A DNA stretch of 64,000 bases, taken from the human T2T-CHM13v2.0 reference genome, Homo sapiens. The position numbers and the translations under genes were made by a program. The notes under the pieces were generated by a model. It worked only from the letters and a program-made list of their open reading frames with translations. It did not search any database and was not told the origin of the DNA. Below are positions 56,973 through 64,000 of this stretch, piece by piece (positions within the stretch are counted from its first letter, which is position 1; each line of letters starts with the position of its first letter). Location: assembly GCF_009914755.1 (NCBI RefSeq), contig NC_060935.1. One strand, given 5' to 3'.

Positions 56973-59900
56973 TTGTACACATCTACTCCTGAAGAAAGGA
57001 AGGATAAACAGATGAGTTTTTGAAGAATTTTAATTGAGAAGGAGATATGGCAGTAACTAACTACAAGGTCAAGGAAGGATTTTATTTTTCTTAGAGGAGA
57101 GAAACTTGAAATGTGTATAGGGTGAGGAGAAGGAGCTTGTAGAAATGGAAGAGAATGAGAATGTATGAGGAAGAAGGACTAAGATCCTGGAGGATATGAG
57201 GAGAAGATGGAGTTGAAACCATTGGTGGAGAAATGGGCTTTGATCAAGAATGAAATCTCTTGCTAAGGTCGAAGAAAGGAGGCAAGGAAGTCATCTCTTA
57301 AAGCTCAATTCATGCATTTACTGGACATGATATGTGTTCAGGACTTTGTTGGATGCTGGGGTGGGATGGAGAAGGGAATAGTAATTTAAGACAAGTACAA
57401 AACACTGTTCTCAATAATTATGCAGTATGTTATAAGGTAGAATTAAGTTCCAGCTTCTTAGTGCCTCAGGAGAAAAAGAAAGACAATCTTGAAAGTATAA
57501 AAGGCTAACAAATATAAGCTTAATAGCACTGAGTTTAAAAATTGTAATCAGAGAATATAAATGGATATCCACTCTGTATCCTTGTTTTGTTAGACTCTCA
57601 CATTGTGCTAAAGCACGTTCTGTTTGTTTTGAACACATTTGAAGAGGGACCTTCGCTCTCTGCTATAGTACACACACTCCACTTCAGTTTTCTGCCTGGC
57701 CTCTTAAAGCATTAAACAATTGGACTAGAAAATCTGCATGATCTTTTTTAGCTTTAGATATCATGATTCTCAGGCAGCTTCCCTGGAGATCATATTTGTT
57801 AGCAGAAAACTGTATGCTAGGGATCACTAGAAACAAAGGATAAATGTAGGAGGGGAACCAAAGGAGAGCTATTCCTTTCCTTTTGAACTTGACTTCTGGT
57901 ACCTTCCTAAGCATCATATATTAAATTATTTTTTCCCTTATAAAGTACAATCTCACTAGACATCTGTTTTCCTCTCCTATCAAATTTTGAAGTAAAAATG
58001 AATTACTGCCAAAACAAAGCAAAAAGAATTATTTTATACTAGTCTAAAATAACACCATCTAAATTATGTGTGTTGCTTAACCTTATATGGAAAACTTTCC
58101 ATTTGTGGGTAGATGTTTTTCACCTGTGGGTATTATAAATCATGTATGAAAATAATGGAGGATATTTGTATGACTCGGAAAATTTTTAAAAAAATATTTA
58201 GCACCTAGGAAAAAATCAACTATTTAAACATTTTTAAAGGTATTCTAACATTATGTACTCTGCTTCCCTTTCTCTCTGAATGGACTATGTAGACTACTGA
58301 AATTAATATTTAGGAAAGGAGGACAATGATTAGTATAACTGAGGCTGAAGAGAAATCCTTTATTATCCAGGAAGATCATCTCTGTGATGGCAGAGAGAGG
58401 AAGGACAATCTTCCTGGGCAATCAGGGAAGCTAGTTCAAGATTATTCTCACAAATAGTTGTTCCTTTGTCACTCCCTCAACATACCTTGTTTTGCACCAT
58501 TATAAGACAAATAATGCAAATATGAAAGATTATACTAAATCTTCTCCTCACTTTTACTTTTGTATAACATGCCAGGATTTGAGTTAATTTACCATGTTTT
58601 AGAAATAGTATATTCTGTCTTTATAGCATATGTCCCAACTAATTAATTGGCCTGGACTTGATAAGCTTTTATGCATTTTCATTTTAAATTTGAATTTCAA
58701 AATTAAACATAATCTTTATGAACAGTTGTAATGATCACCATCTCATATACACAGAAAAAAGACAGTCAAAGTTGAGCTATATTCAGAGCTATTTCAGAAT
58801 TCATTAAAGACTTTAACCTCAGAAATTATTTTTCCTTGGTACCCTGATGTCAGACTTTTTTATTTTTATTTTTTAATGGTTTGTTTATTTTTAAACGTTG
58901 TGGTTATACAGTAGGTATATATAGACCTCTTTAATAACTGCAGTACCTGTTAATCAAGTTTTTCCCCATATACCTTCATTCCTTCCATTTCTTCCTTAAA
59001 CTAGTTTTCGTCTTTACCAATGAAGTGCAAGACTTTGGAATGAACAACAAGTATTTGGGTAGAATGATAACTCAAAGTGAAGACTCAAAGTGAAATAGTC
59101 AATTGGAGGAGCCTGCCTGAGAGACTAGAGTATAAAACCTGTTTTAATATGGAAAAACAAAAATGCAGAGACCACATTGAAAAGCAGTGAATGGGAAAGG
59201 GAAAGGAAGAGAACAAGAGAAGGAAGTAGGCTTTCAAGGACTCCTTCATAGTAATAAATCTAAATCACTTGGACCTCTTTCTTTTTCAGTGACTTTTATT
59301 TCTGCCTGTAGAAATTGTTATATGTAGGTAGCAGTTTAGAATGAGGAATACTATTATGTTTCCTATTTTTAAAGATTTGTATTGATTAAATTGAACTTTC
59401 ATAATAATTGATAAGGTGAGAAGATAATGACTTCTTCTAAACTCAGATATTGCTATATTTAAAAATGAGCTAGTATTACAAAAAATAAACAAACAGCGTC
59501 TTTGTAAATAATTGGCTTGGCAATGAAGTTGGAAGATTTTGCAATTAATTTTAATTGATCAATCTGATATTGTATTTTGTATTCATCTTATAATTTGCTG
59601 CTAATATGGGTACATTCTGTTTCTCAACATTAATAATATGTGCATATTTATATACATGAAAAATTAGTATAGACAAGCATTATGAGAATCCTGCACAATA
59701 CAGAAAAGTTCAATAAGTATGTTGACTATGTAATACATTTTAAAGTACATTAGCCTCAATTAAATAAAATGTCTATAGCTATTCACTGGTACAATTTATT
59801 TAGGGATTCATTCATTAGACTCCCCATTTTCAGTCCTTTTCCTTGGAAAATATACCTTTGAAAACAAGTTTTGCCAAATTGACCATGATTAGCTCCGCTT

Positions 59901-60132
59901 AATGTATTTTATTATAAACCTTTAATCACCTTAAATCAATTTCAATGGATTCATTTTACTTAAAGAATCTCTCCTTGCCTATTTTAAACAAACTGTCTTA
60001 GACATGATTCATTGTTATCTTCAGGTTACCGTGTCTTTTGTTTTTCTTATAGGATCTTATTCTTCTCTGTTGTATATTTATATATAAGGTTCCACCAAAG
60101 AAGAATCTCCTTGGTGTATGTGACCTTCAGAC

Positions 60133-60520
60133 TGTCAGGAAAATGTTACCTGTTGGCATAAACAAACCACCACATCTCAGTGGCTTTCCACAGTAGAAGT
60201 TCATTTCTCACTCACTCAAAGTGCAGTAGTGGTGTTTCTGATGTGGACAGCATTCATCATGGTCTTTCAGGTGCAGAGGCTCCTTATAACTTGTTACTCA
60301 TCACCATCCTCTAGGTCTCTGAGGCCTCTGTATTTAGCCTTCAGATGAGAAAACAAAATGGAGAATTTTTGCTTGGGGTTTTAATGCCTAGGCTTGTAAA
60401 TAGTGCTTATCATTTGTGCTCACATTCCATTGTTTAGAACTTAGAAGGCCACACCTAACTGCAGGGCAGCCTGGGAAATGTGGTCTAGTTAGGTGCCCAG
60501 GAAGAAGAGGTTGTGTTTTC
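60133..60520 (-). mobile_element. MLT1J-like LTR
   Basis: catctcagtggct...cacattccattg...cacacctaactgcaggg...ctgggaaatgtggtctag. Confidence 0.65.
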
Positions 60521-61619
60521 CAAATTTCAGTCACGTCATGCTTTTTTCTTATGCTTCTTTTTTTTCCCTTAAAATAATTCTCATTTTCTTTTTGTTGAAT
60601 TTAATCATTCATTCATTCAACAGATGCTTAATGAATGTATACTACATGATGGGTACATACCGTTCTAGGCACTTGGGATGTATCAGTGAACATTTCTCAT
60701 TTGGGGTTTGTCTGATTTTTTTTCATGATTAGATTCAGGTTGTACATCCTTGACCAGAAACTGCTCCTGGTTCTTTAATGCATTTGGTTAAATATATTCT
60801 GTCTTCCTTTTATGTTCTAAAAACGACACACAGCTTGGGAGTAGTTGAATATGAAAAGTAAGGTTACAGTATGCTTGTGGAAAAGGTATGTCTAACATTA
60901 TGTAATTTTAATTTAAAATGTGCTTAATAGCTTCTACTTGACATGCCTACCCAGAAAATAATATATTTTATAAGTAAATTACGTACAATACAGACATATT
61001 GATAAACTTTACAGTTACCATTAATGACTCATTAATATAAATAAAGCTTATTTTGTCCATATATGAGGAAAGAGATGTATTTATTAGAAGATTTTGGTAG
61101 GTAAAATTCTCTAGACCTTGATGAATAGCAGCAGTAAAGATTATAGGTAGTGTTTCTTATATGCTCCTATGTACCAGATAATGTTTAAGCATTTTACATG
61201 CACAACTCTATAATGTAGATACTATCATATCTAATCTATGGTGGGGACACTGAGGCACACAGACTGAGTTACACACCTAACAAGTGGCAGTCAATATTTA
61301 AACTCAGGCAGTTTGACTTCAGTGCGCATTCTCCTAATTTCTATACTACTGTAGACTCTGAAAATGTTTGCTGAGTGGGTTAATGAATGTATGAAGAAAA
61401 TGGAGGGGGTAGACCAGTTGTGCCTTCTGGATCAAAGAGTATGATTCTGTGATATGATACTTATGACTCTTTGGGTTTTATTCCAATTGGATTTTAATGG
61501 GTTTTATTCCACTTGATAAAATTATTAATTTTATGATGCTAAACATGTTTTATAATACTTTTTAGCTACAGGTAAAAAAGGAAAACCCTATAATGACCCA
61601 TCTTATTATTTATGTAATT

Positions 61620-62230
61620 ATTTATTCATTATTTATTCATTCATCAGATAGATATCAAGCCTCTACTGAGTGCCAGGCCTTGTGGTTAAAACACTTAACA
61701 ACGAACAACAACAAAACCTAAACCCATATAGGGTTCATAGTCTTAGGGGTGGAGTTGAAATTGATATAAACAATAAATGATTACCCAAATAGAAATTAAT
61801 TCCTATAGTGGTAAATGTAGTTAGAAAAGCACAAGACTTTTATTAGAATATATAAAAGAAGGACTCAACCTGATTTGAATAGTCAGGAAATGCCTCCCTG
61901 AAGAAGATGTTTAAGTTGAAAGCTTGAGTGGAAATTTAAAGTTAAAAATCAAAAGTTGAAAGCTACGTTAAAAGAGTGAGCAGCAGATAACCAGGGAGGG
62001 AAGAGGGAAAAAGACTTATTCTAGGCAGAGAATATGTGAACTGAGGCCTGATAGAATGAGATGTATGGATTTTTCTCAACACGTATCTATCAGTCTATCA
62101 TGTGCCAGGTAAGATGAGAACTGAAAAAGGGCCTTGAATTAAAAAACCTGGTCATTGGTGCATTGATGTCCTTAATGAAGGCAGGCATTGGATTGGTGGG
62201 GGTGGAGGGGCTAAATGGGAGATAAGGAAG
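61620..62230 (-). mobile_element. L2 3' fragment (MIRs flank at ~61140-61350 and ~62420-62640)
   Basis: ttcattcatc...ctctactgagtgccagg...gtcaggaaatgcctccctgaagaag. Confidence 0.6.
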
Positions 62231-62807
62231 TAGAGATAGTATTGTTTTATATTGGTTAAAGTTGTGATTTATAGCTATTGTTTTTTCCCCAGGTTGGGCT
62301 TACAATTCTGCTCCTCAGTTTACATCCTCCATGGTCAGGTCTTGTTCTAACTTCCCAGCAAGTAATGGATTTGTCTCATTGTTTATTGTATTCCATGATA
62401 CTCCTATAATTCTGCTTTATAGCACAGTAGGAAAGAGTTTAGACTCTTGAGTCAAAGTAGATTGAGTCTGAATCCTGGCCTCAGAACTTGCTGGCTGATT
62501 TGACCATGGGTATTATATAAACATGATGAACCTCAGCTTCCTCAGAGGTAAAATGGAGCTATTAATGGTATCTCCCTTGTAGCATTTTTGAAGGGACTAA
62601 ATAAAATTTTCTGTGAATCTGGCATAGGGTAGTGCCTCAGTTAAAAATAGTAGTTTTTTCCCCCATATCTTGACTATTGTTAATAATCCTACAATGAACA
62701 CGGGAGTGTGGATATCTCTTCAACATACTGATTTCAGTTCTTGGATATTGAGTGCTGGATGACATGGTGATTCTATTTTTAGACTTTCTTTTTTTTTTTT
62801 GAGGAAC

Positions 62808-63599
62808 TGATATGGGAGTGGGGCAGGGAAATGCTAGGTGGTGAAGGGTGTGGGGTCCCTGGCGAGGGCTCCACCCTTGGGCCTGTACCCACAGACCTAA
62901 GTGAGGACAGGCACTCCTGTTTTCACGCCCAAGTGTTGCACTTTCCAAGACCACTCTGGCCTGCCATGCCCCCCCATCCTGTGCCTGTAAAAACCCCGAG
63001 ACCCTAGCAGGCACATACCACAAGCAGCTGGATGTTGAGAGGAACACACTGGCAGAAAAACACACTGACAGAGGTCAGCAGGCCATCGATGGCAGAATGA
63101 CGTGGACGCCAAAGGAAATTCAGCCAATGGTGGTTGGAGGAGAGCCCAGTTACTACGCGGCCAGACTCCAGGGGAAGACCATCTTCCCACTCCATCCCCT
63201 TTCTGGCTCCCCACCCATCTCCTGAGAGCTACTTCCACCACTCAATGAAACATTGCACTCATTCTCCAAGCTCACGTGTAATCCAATTTTTCCGGTATAC
63301 TAGGGCAAGTACCCCAGGATACAGAAGGCCCTCTGTCCTTGCAATAAGGCAGAGGGTCTAATTGAGCTAATTAACACAAGCTGCCTGCAGACAGCTCAGC
63401 AGAAAGAGCACAGTTTAACACATGCCCACTGGGACTTCGGGATCTGTAAACAATCCTAGACACTGCCGTGGTGTTGGAGCCCCATGACTTGCCCATCTGC
63501 ATGCTTCCCCTAGAGGACTGAGCAGTGGGGCACTGAAGAAATGAGCCACCCCTATCACATGCCCTGTGAGGGGGATAAGGGAAAACTCCTCCCATTACA
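62808..63599 (+). mobile_element. MER50 solo LTR (ERV1) inserted in an L1 fragment
   Basis: TGATATGGGAG..GGCAGGGAA..GGTCCCTGGCGAGGGCTCCACCC ... CCCATTACA; 4-bp TSD gaac/gagc. Confidence 0.8.
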
Positions 63600-64000
63600 G
63601 AGCCTTTATACTTTTTTCCAAAATGGCTATACTAATTTACAATAACATTTATTAAAATAACACTTTGAAAAAGTGTCAGTTTTGTTATTGTTCTATTTCT
63701 AGTAGCTAAGCCCCCTTTAACAGTCTTTATAGAATGAATATAGTGAAAAACTATTTTCAAATTTACTAGAAAATAGTTTGTCATTTGAATAAAGTAGGTC
63801 TGAGGACATTTGTGCCTTCTCAGAGCTCAGTTCATGGCAGTGACCGAGGAGGAGGTTATTAGGTTCATAATTTTGAGGGTGTGGGAGAACCAGGATTGCC
63901 TGAAGTCTTACTACTAGGGTTTTCTTCATCTAGTTAGTTGACAGGAGCCAATGTATCTGTTGGGCATTCTGCCCCACAACTCCTCGATCATTGCCATTGG

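Noticed and set aside
62637-63595. ORFs of 63-142 aa near the window end
   Set aside because: All lie within the GC-rich MER50 LTR and the flanking L1 fragment.

Overview
Human (or near-identical great-ape) DNA containing the 5' end of the progesterone receptor gene PGR (NR3C3, 11q22) on the minus strand. PR-B TSS is at ~17328, PR-B ATG at 16584 and PR-A ATG (Met165) at 16092. Exon 1 ends at 14948, exon 2 (first zinc finger) spans 13521-13672, and 1-13520 is intron 2. The ~46 kb upstream (host of the antisense lncRNA PGR-AS1) is mostly nested transposable elements: L1s of many ages, Alus, MaLR/ERV LTRs, a complete THE1 provirus, a MER41B-int fragment and MER50. There is no second protein-coding gene; other ORF-track entries are Alu/L1/LTR-derived or GC-rich shadows. 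I cannot claim a new biological system. The best leads are: (1) a PR-B-specific leader with six uAUGs, a strong-context uORF in frame with PR-B and separated from it by a single UGA-C, and a hairpin 11 nt before the PR-B AUG; (2) an L1PA3/4 insertion with both a 3' transduction and a 5' twin-priming inversion; (3) a MER41B ERV that looks L1-retrotransposed; (4) a THE1 provirus positioned to terminate the antisense RNA. Repeat subfamily names, rs numbers and published promoter numbering are from memory and need database confirmation.
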